DNA from: Camelus ferus
Lineage: Eukaryota
Direction: 5' to 3'
Assembly (NCBI RefSeq): GCF_009834535.1
Contig: NC_045707.1
Span: 63,490,001 to 63,554,000, forward strand
Length of the DNA: 64,000 bases
The position numbers were made by a program, and so were the translations under genes. Numbering within the stretch: position 1 is the stretch's first letter; each line of letters opens with the position of its first letter. Shown piece after piece: positions 1 through 13,384 of the stretch. The notes below the pieces were generated by a model. It was not told the DNA's origin, ran no database searches, and saw nothing but the letters and a program-made list of their open reading frames with translations.

Positions 1-19
1 GCCACTTCTCATGGGCCGG

Positions 20-105
20 GAAGAGAATGAAAAACGCCATATGATATCACTTATATATGGTATCAAAAAACAAAATAATAATAAGGACACAAATGAACCA
101 TTTAT
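20..105 (+). mobile_element. L1 3' UTR fragment fused to an unrecognised tail
   Basis: 'aaaaacgccatatgatatcacttatatatggtatc...gacacaaatgaacc' matches the L1 3' UTRs at 23820-23900, 35320-35390 and 43180-43245, then diverges abruptly at ~105. Confidence 0.75.
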
Positions 106-186
106 TATTTGTAACTCAGATGACTGATTTCTTAAATATGCGTAAGCACATCTGACTGTCCTTTATGATTGGATTACCGCATTCTG

Positions 187-397
187 TTGATTTTTATTTT
201 GTGGTTGGCTTTATTCCTTTGATAACCGTGTAAGTTTAAAAAGCTAAAGCTCTAATCTGTTCTTAGAAACAATGATCAGTGCACATATGTAAACTAAAAA
301 AAATCTGCAGTATATTGTATATGTGTACATACATGCAATATAATGTATATATGCAGTCAAACTATGATAATTCTACCTAATAAAAGCGGGAAAAAAA
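187..397 (+). repeat. Dispersed repeat, copy 1 (paralog of 10697-10890)
   Basis: About 200 bp aligns by eye at roughly 80% to 10697-10890. AATAAA at 379-384 and A-run at 391-397. Confidence 0.9.
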
Positions 398-2757
398 TCA
401 AGTCACTTCTAGAATATGCGATTTGAATGACTAACACCCTCAGCTTGCTACCTCGAGAATGCCTTCCTGTGATAAGCCCAGAACCTTTGGACTTACCCTT
501 CCTAAAGAGCCCCCAGAAAGAAACTTGCAAATCTGTTCTCTGTTTCATTGACTGTGGCTGTTGCTGCGGCCCTGACGTCCCAGGGGAGCCAGGTGGTCCA
601 GAAACCCGTTGCAGGGACCGAGGCCCACCCAGCCGTCCCAGGCACAGCGGTGTTGGCTCAGGCTGCAGGAGCAGGAGGCTTCTCCCCACAAATGTTACGA
701 TCAGCTGGCACCCAGGCCTGAGAGCCCTGTAGCAGGTATGGGTTGGGAACCACCGTGAGCGAAAAACAGGAGCCAGGAGCCTTCTCCTCCATGTAACTAC
801 TGCCCGCAGCTATGGAGGAACCATGAGGGGCTTGTCAGCATGACGACCTGGTGGTGACGCAGCGCTCCCAACTGAGACACACAGGAAGCCGTTTTCCTTG
901 GGACACACCCTCCCAACAAGATACCTGGTGGAAAGGAGTTTTGAGCATCTTGTCACATCCACGTCCAGACCAGCCTCCCCACAACCTCAGAGAGGGATCG
1001 CTGTTACCCTTGGGGCCAAAGGGCCCATCAAGGTTTCTCTCTGGACCATCCCATAGGGCTGGATCCAAGGCGTGCTCCTTGGATAGCAAAGGAGTCCCTT
1101 CCATGATTGACGTCCAAGGGAGGAAAAGGTAAGAACGCTGAAGAGTCGGTGGTGGCCTTCACTCCAAGTCTGTCTTCAGGGACCCTGCTCCTCCCCGGGC
1201 CCCACCTCAACTCTCTTCCTGGCCAGTATCCCCAACCCCAGGCCCCAGAGCCAAAAGGGGCCTCCCCCTTCCTTCCACCCAGTCACCCTCACCTCAGAAT
1301 GACAGAAACTGTGTAAGACTGCTGCTTTCTGCCCTAGCACTCAACAGACAATCACATGATAGTCTGAAGTCGACTGTTTTCCCAAGACCCAGACCAGTAA
1401 GTTCTGCCCACTGTCACCTTATTACATGACACAGGAGCGACAGAATAAAAAGTAGATGAAAATATTCATTTAGGTCCCCTCCACTAAGGTATAAACGAGA
1501 AAACTGAAGCCCTCGGGATGCTGTCAGAGTGAGCACAAAGTCACTAGACTAAACCAGCCATTCCGCGTGCAAAAATATCACTGCCTGTCTGTGAGGAAAC
1601 TCCCCTTCAACGATATAATCCCTCGATATGGAGCTCACTCGTGCCTACAAAACACCTTACTGCTTTGTGCAAACTGCACTGGGGTGCCTAGAATTTTACC
1701 ACTGAAAACTTTACACAAACCCAAAGCGTGATTAACACATATCATTTGAACCATGACCAACCATACACTGGTGGGACAATTCACTAAGTTTTCTTTGTCT
1801 CTGTTTTGGTTTTGCCCTCGTATAGGTCAATGGGAAAGTCGAAGTCTTCATTTAAATTTCCCGTTACTTCGGGTGCACATGTCTCTGCTTCACACCGTTT
1901 CACTGTAGCCTATTTCATCGTAAATTACGGGTCCTATGAAGAGAGCTTTATTGCATTTCCCATTTGCTGTTGTTTGCACTTTGCTATCAATATTTTCCCA
2001 CCAATATGCAATCCAGAGGCTGTTACGCTGACACTAATGCTAATGGGTTATATTACGCTTCTGTTCCACTACAGCGCACATTTTTTATAAAACATAAAGA
2101 GCCCATTTTGCAGATGTTCGTACAGCCTCACAGCACAGACCTGCTTGTGTTCCCCACTGAAAAATAAGCCTCGACGTCCTCCCTCCCCCAGCCAGCTGCA
2201 ATTCAGAAATTTCAAAAATACCTAAATTAATTGCATCCTGAGCCTTTCACTACAAATTCCTGGTCCAAATGCAGGACAGGCATCAGCAGCCTTGTCGATG
2301 CAAATGAACAGCCTGCTCACAGCAACATCAAACCGAGCAGCAAAAGCAGAAGAGCAGATGTCTCCAGAAGGAACGAGCCCCAAGATTACCATCACTGAAC
2401 CGTCCAGTGCCGTGATGTCAGGACTGATTGCAAAAAGGAGCTGTAAATGGTCCAAGCCACGGGGGCAGCACATCTGTGCCAGCTGTGGAACTCCGCCCGA
2501 GCCCTGGCTGGGAGCACAGCACGACAGCTTGCTTCTAAAGGGAGGAGAATCCTCAGTGAAGGCAGAACAAACTCAGTCTCCCCTGGGTTCAGCAGGAAGT
2601 CTAGAGAACACTGCTTATTGATTTCATCCCACAAGACACTTGTGTTTTATCACCAGTAAACAGTCCTTGTGAGTCTTCTCGGGAACTCGAGGCAGCTCAG
2701 ATAAGAACACATTTTCCCCTGGTCCTTTTATTTAAAAATAACTTGTGGGTTAAAACA

Positions 2758-2760
<3 letters not shown>

Positions 2761-2815
<55 letters not shown>
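2761..2815. repeat. (CA)n microsatellite
   Basis: Perfect AC dinucleotide run. Confidence 0.99.
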
Positions 2816-2817
<2 letters not shown>

Positions 2818-3699
2818 GGATGCCCCAGCTGTCAGGCACAGGGCTGGGAAGTCTACCTAGCGCGGCTGAGCTCTGTTCTAGGTATTGATTGAATGTGAGA
2901 CCTAAGGCAAGCTTCCTCATCTCTCCCTGTCTCCACGTCACCAGCAGGAAGACCAGGCTGATAAAGCTGCCAGGATTCCTCACAGGGACTGCACACAACT
3001 CCGTAATGAGCAGAAATGTGCTTCCACCGAGAGGACTGTGCTGACATGCTTGGAAACAACAAGGCGAATTAACAATAAACAGAAGAGAACTGACAACACC
3101 GATGAGACCAAGGAGACTTGGTCATTCCGATTACGCGTCTGGAAAATGACACTTCGGTGCCAATTCTGAGTGGCTGAGCTTGATTCCAAAACTCCACCAG
3201 TGCTAGGCTTATTGCCAGTTCTCATCTGCTTTTATGTTGGAACTTAATGCCTTTTTACATTCACGCTCACATCCTTGTCTTTCTTTTTGCCTTTTTTCTT
3301 TCTTTCCTTTTTTTTTTTTTTTCAAACAGTGCTTTGCATGTTGTGGTGACCAATTTTAAAACTTATGTTGTATGTCCAAAACACAGCAAGCATCAAGAAA
3401 GACTCTAAGGTCAGATGACATATTTTGTTGGCTTGAAATAATTAAAGCAGTATCACAATAATTGAGTCACTGCTTTCATCATTCGTTTTTCTGGAATTAT
3501 GTAAAAAACAGTACCAAACCAGTTGGCTGAAACCTCTCTCTTACCCCATCCTCTCCACCAACCCCCAAACTTTCCGGCTTTCAAAATAGGTGCATTTAGA
3601 ACTGTAGGAGGATGGGGCCAGATAAAGTTAACACGCAGCCTATGTAGAGTACAAATCTCAGGATTTTCTCTTTGTCTTCTTTTTCTAGGGCCAGAAATT

Positions 3700-3884
3700 G
3701 GGCAGATCCGGGTTTTTATGGAACCTATAGATTACACAGGTTAGTGGCACTCTTTGAGAATGAGAAAACACAAAGCTTTTCAAAACTATATATCCATAAC
3801 AACACATTGCTAGGGCCCCTCTCAGGAACTTGGAAGGGTCTCATGCAGGCGAGGGGCCTTGAAGCTTAAAATAAATCTGCCTCT
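3700..3884. mobile_element. hAT-Tip100 MITE, MER91-like
   Basis: Ends 'gggcagatccgggttttt' and 'gctagggcccctctcagg...gaggggccttgaagcttaa...aaatctgcctct' resemble MER91 termini. Confidence 0.65.
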
Positions 3885-4789
3885 AGCTCGACGTAACCCT
3901 CTCCCACTGTTTCCCCACAATCCTTTCCCTCCTACTACATTTTTCCTGGTGCCTGGGCACTAGATGGAGTCTGCAGGAATGTCAAAACATTCCGTATTTG
4001 TAGGATGAAACCTAACAGACCAGCTCTCTTTCCAGAAACTTCCAAGAAACGACCTTAAAAGGAAAAAGAAAAAGACCAAGGGCAATGAAATTATTTTTTT
4101 GATTTGAATTTTAAAACTACGCTGACTTTTCTGGCCCAAATCCTAGAGGCAAGAAAATCAGAGATCAGCTGATGCCAGTGACTGTGAAAGAAGCAGGTCC
4201 CTTCCATCACAAGCTCTTCATGTTGATTCTTAGGGAAAATCTGACCAGGGACCTGGCACATTCTAATTTTAATTAGAGCAAGGAGTGAATTAACAACTTT
4301 AGCTGCCAGCACAAACAAAAGCCTGGAGAAGCCAGTTTGCTCCCCTCCTTGCAGTCAGCATCACCTGTCTCCTGCGCTTGCTATCTCTCTGCATTTAGAA
4401 CAGCCACCCCGGGAAAAGCTGAGGAGGAGGTGGAAAGAGATGCAGCTGTTGTCAAAAAAAAAAAAAAAAGGGCTGTTGCAGCTTTTGTAGTCCCAGCAGT
4501 GTACTTAGCTCAGGACCAACCAGGACAGCCAGTCACTTAAACACGTCACAGAGAACCCAGTGCTCATTATAGCGTAGGTCAGCAGATGGGCCACCTTTTG
4601 GGTGGATGCACCCAGGGACACCGAGTGGCCCAGCTGTGGACCTCTGAATCGGCATCTACACCACAAGTTCAATATCAACACTATAATGACAATATAGTGT
4701 TCATCCACCCTGAAATTCAACCAACAGATGGAAAGATACACTAAGATATTGCAAAACTGTTGGAGCGCTTAATGTTCTAGCCCAGGCAG

Positions 4790-5620
4790 CCCATGATAGG
4801 ACTGCGGGGGTACTGAGATGGTCCTCCCAGCATCCGTGCCTCTCCTCCGAGCCGCCTCTTCTTGTGACCTCTCCCTGTCCTACCCAAGGCAGCAAGCTCA
4901 GCCACCGCTGGTCCCTCCCCCCTCACGCCCCACATCCAAACTGTTTCAGACCCTGAAGTTTCATCTCTGATACATCCCTTGAATCTGCCCCCTTCCTTTC
5001 TATTTCCACCGCATCTGCTTTCATTCGGACTCGTATAAATTTTTTTTTCTGGATTGTGACATTAGCCTCCTACTGGTTTCCCAATTTTCAAACTCTTTTA
5101 TTTCTCTCATTTACCCTCAAATTGTCAATCGCTTTTTTCTGAAGCAAAGATTTCTGTACTTTGCTCTGTGTGTATATTTACAAACCTTCTGTGGTTCCCC
5201 ATTGCCTACAGATTAAATCCACTGTTGGTCAAGACCACGGTCTACCTCTGCAGACTCACCTCCTACCGCCTGTCCCTTGCCCTCTCTGCTTTGGCCACGT
5301 GGGCTTTTTCTGTTTTCTTTTTCCTTTTCAACTCCATGCTTCTCCTATCTTTCTGCTGGGAAAACTTCTCCCTTCTCTTCATCAAAATCCAGCTTAAACG
5401 TCGTTTTTTCCTATGAGTCTCCATCTGACCCCTCCTCCTCCTAGCTGGGTTAACACGCCCTTCCTCTGGCCTCCCCTGTAGTATCTACCAGTCTACCTTA
5501 AGAGATAAATACCTGTGTTCATGTTCTTGGTGGACAGGTTCTATTCACCTCTCTGTCCCCAGCACCCAGCACAGAGCTGGCATGTGAAAGCACTCTATAA
5601 ATACTTACTGAAACAAACAA
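4790..5620 (+). mobile_element. L2 LINE relic
   Basis: Pyrimidine-rich L2-like body ending in a typical L2 3' end 'cccagcacccagcacagagctggcatgtg...ataaatacttactgaa'. Confidence 0.7.
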
Positions 5621-6289
5621 TCTCCCCCAAATAACCAGGACTGATGTGTGGAGCAGATTTAGAGGAAGATTGTGCTAATTTTTCATGACACTACTTCTGG
5701 AGTGTCGGAGTGTGAGTGCAAGGGTGATGGGAGGAGGTCAGTCACTCGTATCAAAAGAACTTTATTAATCAGAAGAGGTTGAAGGACTGGGAAGAGGAGC
5801 TGCTTGTATTTTGAGGCTATGTTCTTTTTCATTTTTAAATCCTGTACCCTTGACTTTCTGCTCTGGTTGCTATTGGTCACCAAAGTTTTCCCAAAGCAAT
5901 GCTCCCTGAAAGGCTAAGAATGCTAGGGTCTCTTAAAATTGACTTACACCCTTTTAGCTCTCAAAGCTCTCCTTGAAACCCCAGTTCCTTTCCCCAGTTG
6001 CTATTAGCTGCCAGCAGTATACACAGTCCACCAGCTAGCCTCACCAGTCTCCAGTAGGCAAACCAGCAAGCTTCCCACATTTCCTGCTTCAATTAAACCA
6101 TCTAAGTTAGCGGCACACTGCCACCTCCAAAGGTTAGAGCAGGATCCTTCCCCAGGAACGGTCCTTATTGTTCAAATATCCTTCTCCAAGACACTCCTAT
6201 TCCATTGTCACGCTGATGCAAAGTTCAGATAAGATTTGAATTTTTAAATTAATTATCTGCAAACAAGCTCTATAGTAGGCTGTACTCTA

Positions 6290-6630
6290 GTTCCCAGTCA
6301 TTCATTACTCCCTATCGGTGACAGGATTATCCATTCCCACACACTGCCACGCGACTTCCTGAGCAGACCTAAACTGGAGTGTGTTTCCTTGCCTTCCTCT
6401 GGCTAATAATAGATGAACACACACACCAGATGCCAGTTCAGAGCAGAAGCATTCAAAACCCGTATTTATCTCCACCAGTTTTCCTGATTTTTACCCTCCA
6501 CCGCACAAAAAAAAAGGCATGTCCCAGAGCAAGGCTGCTCCCTGGGAGCCTAGCTGATGAGCACATGTGGAAAAGAAACTGGCAAATCCCAGAAGAGCTG
6601 TCACCAGCCAGCTGCCAATGTAGACTTGAT
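6290..6630 (+). mobile_element. MaLR/ERVL LTR fragment (MLT1-like)
   Basis: 'ggcatgtcccagagcaaggctgctccctggg...cagccagctgcc' resembles MLT1 internal motifs; degraded. Confidence 0.4.
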
Positions 6631-7099
6631 ATTTTTAGGGTCATTTATAACTGTAGCACAGTTGATAGATACAACAGAGCAAAATGTTTTTATGCAAATA
6701 CATCAAAATAAAAAATACTTTTTATATGAAAGCTCATATGAATCAATAAGAGGAAAACATCAAGTTCCCAAAAGATAAATGGGTAAAGGAGACAGATAAT
6801 TTCCAAATGAGAAACTCTTATTAACAGATTGTAAAATATTCAGCGTTTTTGCTATTAATTTTAAAGTTAAAGGAACAATATGACTTTTTGTAAAAATTAA
6901 AATTCATATACATTAAGGCAGTACAACGGATACAGTAACAGACATCAGAAGGCATAGTACTTTGGGGAAAAAAACTGGCAATATGTACAAAAAGCCCTCA
7001 ATTCTTATTTCTGCCACTTTGCTTTTCAAAATGACATCTCAATTTATAAGCCCACCGGGAGCACCTAAAGTCTAGTTTTCCTTTTTCTTCACCAGCAAT

Positions 7100-10050
7100 T
7101 AATATTACCTTGCTTTTTCATTTTTGCATAGTGGCATTACATGGTTTGTCGTTACATTGATTCGCATTTTTCTGATTAATTAGTGGGCTTGAGACTTCTT
7201 CATATACTTCCTAGCCATTTCCTTTGCCCATTTTCCAACTGCACTTCTTCAGCTTTTCCTGGTACCTTACAAATGTTTTTCTGTCGCCCGATGGTTAGCC
7301 TTCTTGTGCTCTTTGATGGACAGAGATCTTTCATTTTCCTGTAGGCAAATTCACTGATATCATCCCTAAAGGTTTTCGTTTGTTTGGTCTCATATAGCAA
7401 ATCCTTCCACATCCCAAGGCCACAAAGATGCTTGAAATATTTGCTTCTGCTTGGTTTCTTCGTTTGTTTGGAGACTTTAAATCACCTATCCTTCCCCACA
7501 TACACTAAGTTGCTGTTGGTCTATTTGTGGGGCCACGAGCAGTACCATACTGTTGTTTTACTACGGCTTTGAATTACGTCTTACTGTCTAGTAAGGCAAA
7601 CCTGAGTAGCTGTCCTTTTTCAATACTATCTTAGCACTGAATTTATAATCTAAAGTATGGGGGGAGAGTATAGCACAGTGGTAGAGTGCCTGCCTAGCAT
7701 GTACAAGGTCCTGGGTTCAATCCCCAGAACCTCCACTGAGAATAAATAGATAAACCTAATTACCCCTAAAGCAAACAAAATTTTTTTTAAAAATCCTATA
7801 ATCTGAAGTAAAACTTCAATCTTTAAAATAATAACTTATTCCAACTATGAGTATATCTTTTCATTTAATATTATTTTATGTCCATTAATAGACATGTTTA
7901 ATATTTTTCTACTAGGGTCTTGCACATTCTTTATTAGGTGATTTACTAAGTACTTTACAGTTCTTGTTCTATTGAAAATGGCATCTATTACATTTTAAAT
8001 TGATCTCTACTGATATAGGGAAATACTAATTAATTTTGCATCCAGCAGTCTTACTGACCTCTGTTGGGTTGTCTATGAAGTAATTATTTGATCTGTCATT
8101 TCAAATAAAAGAGTTACTTACTTTTTTTTATTTATTATGGTATCTAGGACCTGTAGGCAGTAGCAAAGTGGTCTCCTTGTCTTTCCTCAACACTAAGAGG
8201 AATAGATCTAAAGTTTCTCTGTTAAATAGATCAATTCTTAGTAAAGAGCTTTTGTCTTCTAGAAGTTTCTAATTCTCACTTTCCAGGAAGTATATATCCT
8301 AGGGAGATCCTACATGGACTCACAAGAGAACGCGAGGTCTATCACAGATGCCAGAGTGTCAGGGAAGCATTAGAGGTGACCAGGCATCTGTCACTGTAGG
8401 AATAAGTAAACGTGGCTCAACGACATTTAAATAAAAAGAGAAACCTCACAATTTACCCATGATACAATTTCCAGCGCCCTTTATTTCTCTGTACATCCCT
8501 ATCTGGAATCACTTTCTTCTGCCTGAAGAACTTGCTTTAACATTTCACTTAGTTCGGGTCAGCTGATAATACATTGTTTAGCTTCTGTATGTCTGGAATC
8601 GTCTTTGCTTTTCCTCTGTTTTCAAAAGACACATTTGCTGGGTACAGAGTTCTAAGTGGACTTTTTTGCCTTTCAATGCCTTCAAGATGTTACACTTTAA
8701 AGAGAGGTCTGCTGTCATCCTTACCTTTTTTTCTCTGTACACATGTGACATTTCCTCTGACTGCTCTCAGTATTTCCTATTTAACACTGGTTTTGAGCAA
8801 TTTGACCATGACATGCATCTCCATTCTTTTGTCAGAGTTCTTTGAGCTTCTTAAACCTGTGGTTTATAGTCTGCCTCAAATCTGGAAACTTTCCAGCCAT
8901 TTTCTTCTGTCTCCTCTCCCCACTTAGAGACTCCAATTACATGTTTATTAGGTTTCTTTAAGTTGTCTTACAGCTGATACTATTTTCTCTCTTTTCGGTC
9001 CCTTTTTCTCTGTGTATTTCCTTTTGGAGAATTTCTGTAAAATGCCTTCAAATTCATCCGTCTTTTTCTCTGCAATGTCTCACCTGCTGTTAATCTCATA
9101 CAGTGAATTTCTCATCTCACACATTTTAGTTTTACTCTCTAAAAGCTCAGTGTAGTCTTTTTTATATCCTGTGTCTCTACTTAACTTTTGAATGGGTAAC
9201 ATAGTTTTAATAACTGCTCTGATGCTCTTGTCTGGAAGTTTTAACATCTGCGTCAATTCTCGTTCAGTTTCAGTTGGTCGATTACGAATCACATTGTCCC
9301 ACTTCTTTGCATGTCTGAAAATTCTGACTAGATGCCAGGTATCCAATTTTATCTTGTCACATACTGGATTTATTAGATTTCCTATAATTGTTGTTGAGCT
9401 TTGCTCTGGGATGCAGTTAAGTTACAGACACTTCAATTATTTCAGGTCTTGCTTTTAAGATTTGTCAGGCAGGACGGGGGCAGTGATTATTCTAGGGCTA
9501 AATTATTTTCCACTACTGAGGCAAGACCCTTCTGCGTACTCTACTCGATGTCTCACGAGCTGTGAGGTTTCTCAGACTAGACGTGGGAACAGATGCTGTT
9601 TCTGGCCCTATGTGAATATAAGTTAAGAGTTCTCTTCAATTCTGTCTCATGATTCTTTCTCTGGCCTCATACACACACCGATCAGGACTCTACTGAATAC
9701 TCCAGGGGCACCCTCTGCCGATATCTGGGGTTCTGTTTCTGTGTAGCTGGCTCCTGTCTAGGACTCTGTCCTGCAAACACAAGCCACCTTGGTCTCTGCA
9801 GATTCTCAGTGTCATCTGTTTAACTCAGGGAGTCTTCCAGGAGCCACCTGGGCTATCCCACCCCTGCATCATGGTCTGGAAACTCTTTCAAGGATCTTTT
9901 ATAGGGATCATTTTTGTTTCTCATTTCTCAGGGAATCACTCTTTCATTGTCTCGTCCAGTGCCTTGCAAACCTTTGACTAAAATAGTTTGGTATTTGTTT
10001 TGTTTGTTTTGTTTGTTTAAGAGTGTTACCCCTACTACTCCATCTTGGCC
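7100..10050 (-). mobile_element. Old L1M fragments (antisense), interrupted by a SINE
   Basis: T-rich antisense L1 motifs such as 'ttgattcgcatttttctgattaat', 'ttttcaaaagacacatttgctgggtacagagttctaag', 'gagactccaattacatgtttattagg'. Confidence 0.7.
7659..7793 (+). mobile_element. tRNA-derived SINE, camelid Vic-1-like
   Basis: A-box 'tagcacagtggtagag', B-box 'ggttcaatccc', A-rich tail. TSD tataatctaaagta (7644-7657) / tataatctgaagta (7797-7810). Confidence 0.9.
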
Positions 10051-10329
10051 AGTAATTATTTATGTAAAATTTAAAAGCATATAAAAGACTATATGTTTTT
10101 CAAGAATAAATGTATATAAATGTCTGAACAATTGAATGGAAGGGCATGTATTAAATACATAGGAGTGGATGTGGGAGAGACAAGGGCGGGCTGGTGACGG
10201 TAAATGAAGGGAACAGCAAAACAATTAAATGAGCGAAGTTCTTGCCTGGTGAAAATCACTTGTCTTGATTCCAGAAATATGACTCTATTATGCACACCTG
10301 AGGTCCAATTTTTGTTTAAATGAGTTAAG

Positions 10330-11310
10330 CATTCAGTTCAAGTAACTAGGAAAACAACTGAAAGAAAATCTAAGTAAAAGAAAAATTTTAAATAGATATA
10401 AACAATCTGAAAGGACTCTCTCCCACCATAAGGATTCAGAACAGAGAATTTATAGGTAACTTCTGTCACACTCTCAAAGGAACAAAACTCCCTACCCAAA
10501 ACTATTTCCAAGAGTAGAAAAACAGAGGAGAAGCTACCCATTTACTTCAAGACAGAGTAACCTTAACATCCAGTACTGGAAAAAAATAGCACTAGAAACT
10601 AAATCATGGGTCAGCTTTTTGTTTTTTAGTAGATATAAAGTCTTAATTTTAAAATTTGAATCTAACAAGTGAATCTAACAATGTTTTAAGAAAATATTGA
10701 TTCTTATTTTGTAGTTGGCTTTATCCCTTTGATAACTGTAAGTTTAAAAAGCTAAAGACCCAAGTTGTTCTTAGAAACAATAATTATTACATATATGAAA
10801 ACTAAAAAAAACATACTGTATATATGTATTTACACGCAATATAATGTGTATGTGCAGTCAAACTGTAATAATTCTACATAATAAAACTGAAAAAGGGAAA
10901 CTAAAGAATACATGACAAGTTTCATTCCCTTCTCCATATGTCATGATATTCCTTTCATTAAACAGATGATTTAAAGTTAAAAAAAAAAGAATAATATATA
11001 ATACCTAAGGGAGATTTAATCTAAGGAATACAATAATGATTCAACACTTAAAAACCTGAAAAAGTAAAAGAAAAAAGTTTATGTCTTCAGTTACAATAAT
11101 TGTACTTCTTCCAAATCTATCCTAGGTAAACAACAGACAGTTCAAAAGCTTTATTCACAATAATGTCCACAGACATTGTATACAGCAGTGAAAACCACAA
11201 CAGTCTAGTCTAAATGTTCAACTATAGCTCTAATTAAGCAAATTATGGTATAACCACTCAAATGAATATTATAAAATTATTACAAAGAATTACATAGAAA
11301 TGCTGTGATA
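10330..11310 (+). mobile_element. Old L1M ORF2/3' relic split by the 10697-10988 insertion
   Basis: ORF2-like DNA '...gaatctaacaatgttttaagaaaata' resumes after the insertion as 'aagaataatatataatacctaagggagatttaatctaaggaatacaataatgattcaacac'. Confidence 0.65.
10697..10988 (+). mobile_element. Dispersed repeat, copy 2: polyadenylated retroposed insertion
   Basis: Paralog of 187-397. AATAAA at 10880-10885, ATTAAA at 10957-10962, A-run at 10979-10988; interrupts an L1 ORF2 relic. Confidence 0.8.
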
Positions 11311-11339
11311 AATAGATCCCTGACTTTGTTGGATTTTAA

Positions 11340-12310
11340 AACTGAGACCTCACTAAAGGCTTACTCTGACCACTCTATTAAATCTTACAACCCACTTCTA
11401 TTCACCAAACACTCCTGGTACTCCCAGTCTGCCTTACCCAGCTCTATTTTCTTTTTTATGTAAAACTTATCAACTTCTAACAAACTGGATGATTCACATG
11501 TTTATATTTACTACTTATTAGAAATAGAATCTCCTCTATTTTCCTCTTGTTGCTGGTGATTAGGTTCTTGTTTCCTCACAGAGAGAATTCAGAGATGAGA
11601 CGTAGAGGCTAAGAAAGTAAAGTGAGGATTTATTAAGGGACAGACTGTACACTCTCAAGGGGAGAGCAGGCAGCTCAGGCGAGCAGCTGCCCTGACTTCC
11701 TTTGGTAAGTTGGTTACACAGAGTGTAAAAATGAACGGGCAGAATATTCACTGGGGAGGGAAGGGTTTGGGGTGGTATTCCCTGGTTTTTATCCCAACTC
11801 CACCTTCCCAAAGGGAGGAAGGAGTTTTGTCCTTATTGAGTCTGGATGGGAAGTGTCATGGCGTCAGTGCACGATGGGTACTTCTAATCTGCAAGGCTAA
11901 TTTTATTGAAATGATGGCATAATGAGCAAAAAGTTACATTCGGACATTGGAGATTCCTGCCTTTTCCCGTTTCTTTGTCAGCCTCCAGGACACTTGTCAC
12001 CCCAAAATTTGTGATTTTTTTTAATCAGCCCACAGTTTCCTGCTTTTCTTTGTCCAGGGACCCCTGTTGTTTACATGACGTAGGGTTCCTGCATTTGGCC
12101 CGGGCCCCTCCTTTTCTTGCCCAATTCCTGCCATTTGGCCTGCGTCCCCCTTTCTCTGCTCATATCTAGCTATCTGCCTGCTCTAACACTATTACAGTAT
12201 GATCTCAACAAAGGAAAAGTTCTTTGTTTGGTTTTCTGATGTATCTCAAGCACCAAGAAATACCTAGCAAATTTACATTTTCAAATTTACTTGAATGAAT
12301 GAATGAATAA
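11340..12310 (+). mobile_element. L2 3' relic interrupted by a solo LTR
   Basis: Ends '...ttgaatgaatgaatgaataaat'; L2-like body on both sides of the LTR. Confidence 0.6.
11548..12188 (-). mobile_element. ERV solo LTR (ERV1-like)
   Basis: TG...CA termini, minus-strand AATAAA near 11630, imperfect 4-bp TSD ctct/ctat. Confidence 0.8.
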
Positions 12311-12509
12311 ATGGGAGAATGAATTTAACACTAGGAATTTTGATCACTTGTAAGTGACCTCAAATTCTACGACTTCTGAAAACAGACGATCGTGTTGAGG
12401 GATGAATTTAATTCACAGGCTCTGTGAATCAAATGTAGACAGAAGGTGCCTGGCATCTGAATCTCACTGAGGTGTTGTTGTTCTCTGCACATTTTATGGA
12501 GAAAATGAC

Positions 12510-13270
12510 ATGCTATACAACAGCATACCACTCAGTGATAAAAAGGAACAAACAACTGATACATGTAATAACACGGATGAGTCCCAGATGCATTAGGCTG
12601 AATGATGGAAGCCAGACAGAAAAACAGTGTATCCTGTAGGATTCCTTTCATATAAAATTCTAGAAAATGCACACAACGGTGGAAAATAGATCAGTGGTTG
12701 CCTGGGGAGGGATCATTGTAATGGGGTGTGATAAAACCTTTGGGGGTGATGGAAATTCTGTACATGTTGATTGTGATGGTAGTTTCATGGGTCCATATAT
12801 CTGCCATATCTCATCAAATTGCTTACTTTATGTATGAGAAATGTATTCTACAAAATTCTACCTTAATAAACCTGTAAAAAAGAAAGGTAAAAATATATGC
12901 TCGAATGGTATTAATAAATGTAAACATTATCAAAACTTTCAATATAAACTTTGCTGTATGCCTGAAATTAACATTGTAAATTAACTATACGTCAATAAAA
13001 AAATTTTTTTAAACCTTTTAATATGAATCTGATAAATGTCAAGGGTATTCAACAATGTTAAATGAAAAAAATCAGGATAAAAATCATACACATTGTGATT
13101 ACAACTATGTAATCATAAATAGAGAAAAAAATTAGAAGAAAAGATACCAAAATACTAACAGTTGTTTGGGATTCAACAGTGATGATTTATGGTGCTTTAT
13201 TTCCTTGTTTTTACTTGTGTGAGTTTTTTAATTTCCTCTAATAAGAATATATTACTTTTGCAATAGAAAA
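12510..13270 (+). mobile_element. Old L1MC/ME-type 3' region with a short young L1 tail inserted at ~12950-13010
   Basis: 'agatcagtggttgcctgggg...ggtgatggaaattctgtacatgttgattgtgatggtagtttcatggg'; insert 'gctgtatgcctgaaattaacattgtaaattaactatacgtcaataaaa'. Confidence 0.75.
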
Positions 13271-13384
13271 AGATTTTAAAACCTATTTAATTACTCTTGT
13301 ACTCAAGCATTATTTTTAACCCATCTTTCATGTCTCCACAGGATTAATCATCCTAAAATATCGCTGCTCAGGAACCTACAGGGT

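Noticed and set aside
540..1300. GC-richer segment with several overlapping ORFs
   Set aside because: CpG density looks too low for an island and the peptides are unrecognisable.
7659..7735. tRNA-like sequence (also at 13581, 26350 and 54680)
   Set aside because: SINE heads with tails and TSDs, not functional tRNA genes.
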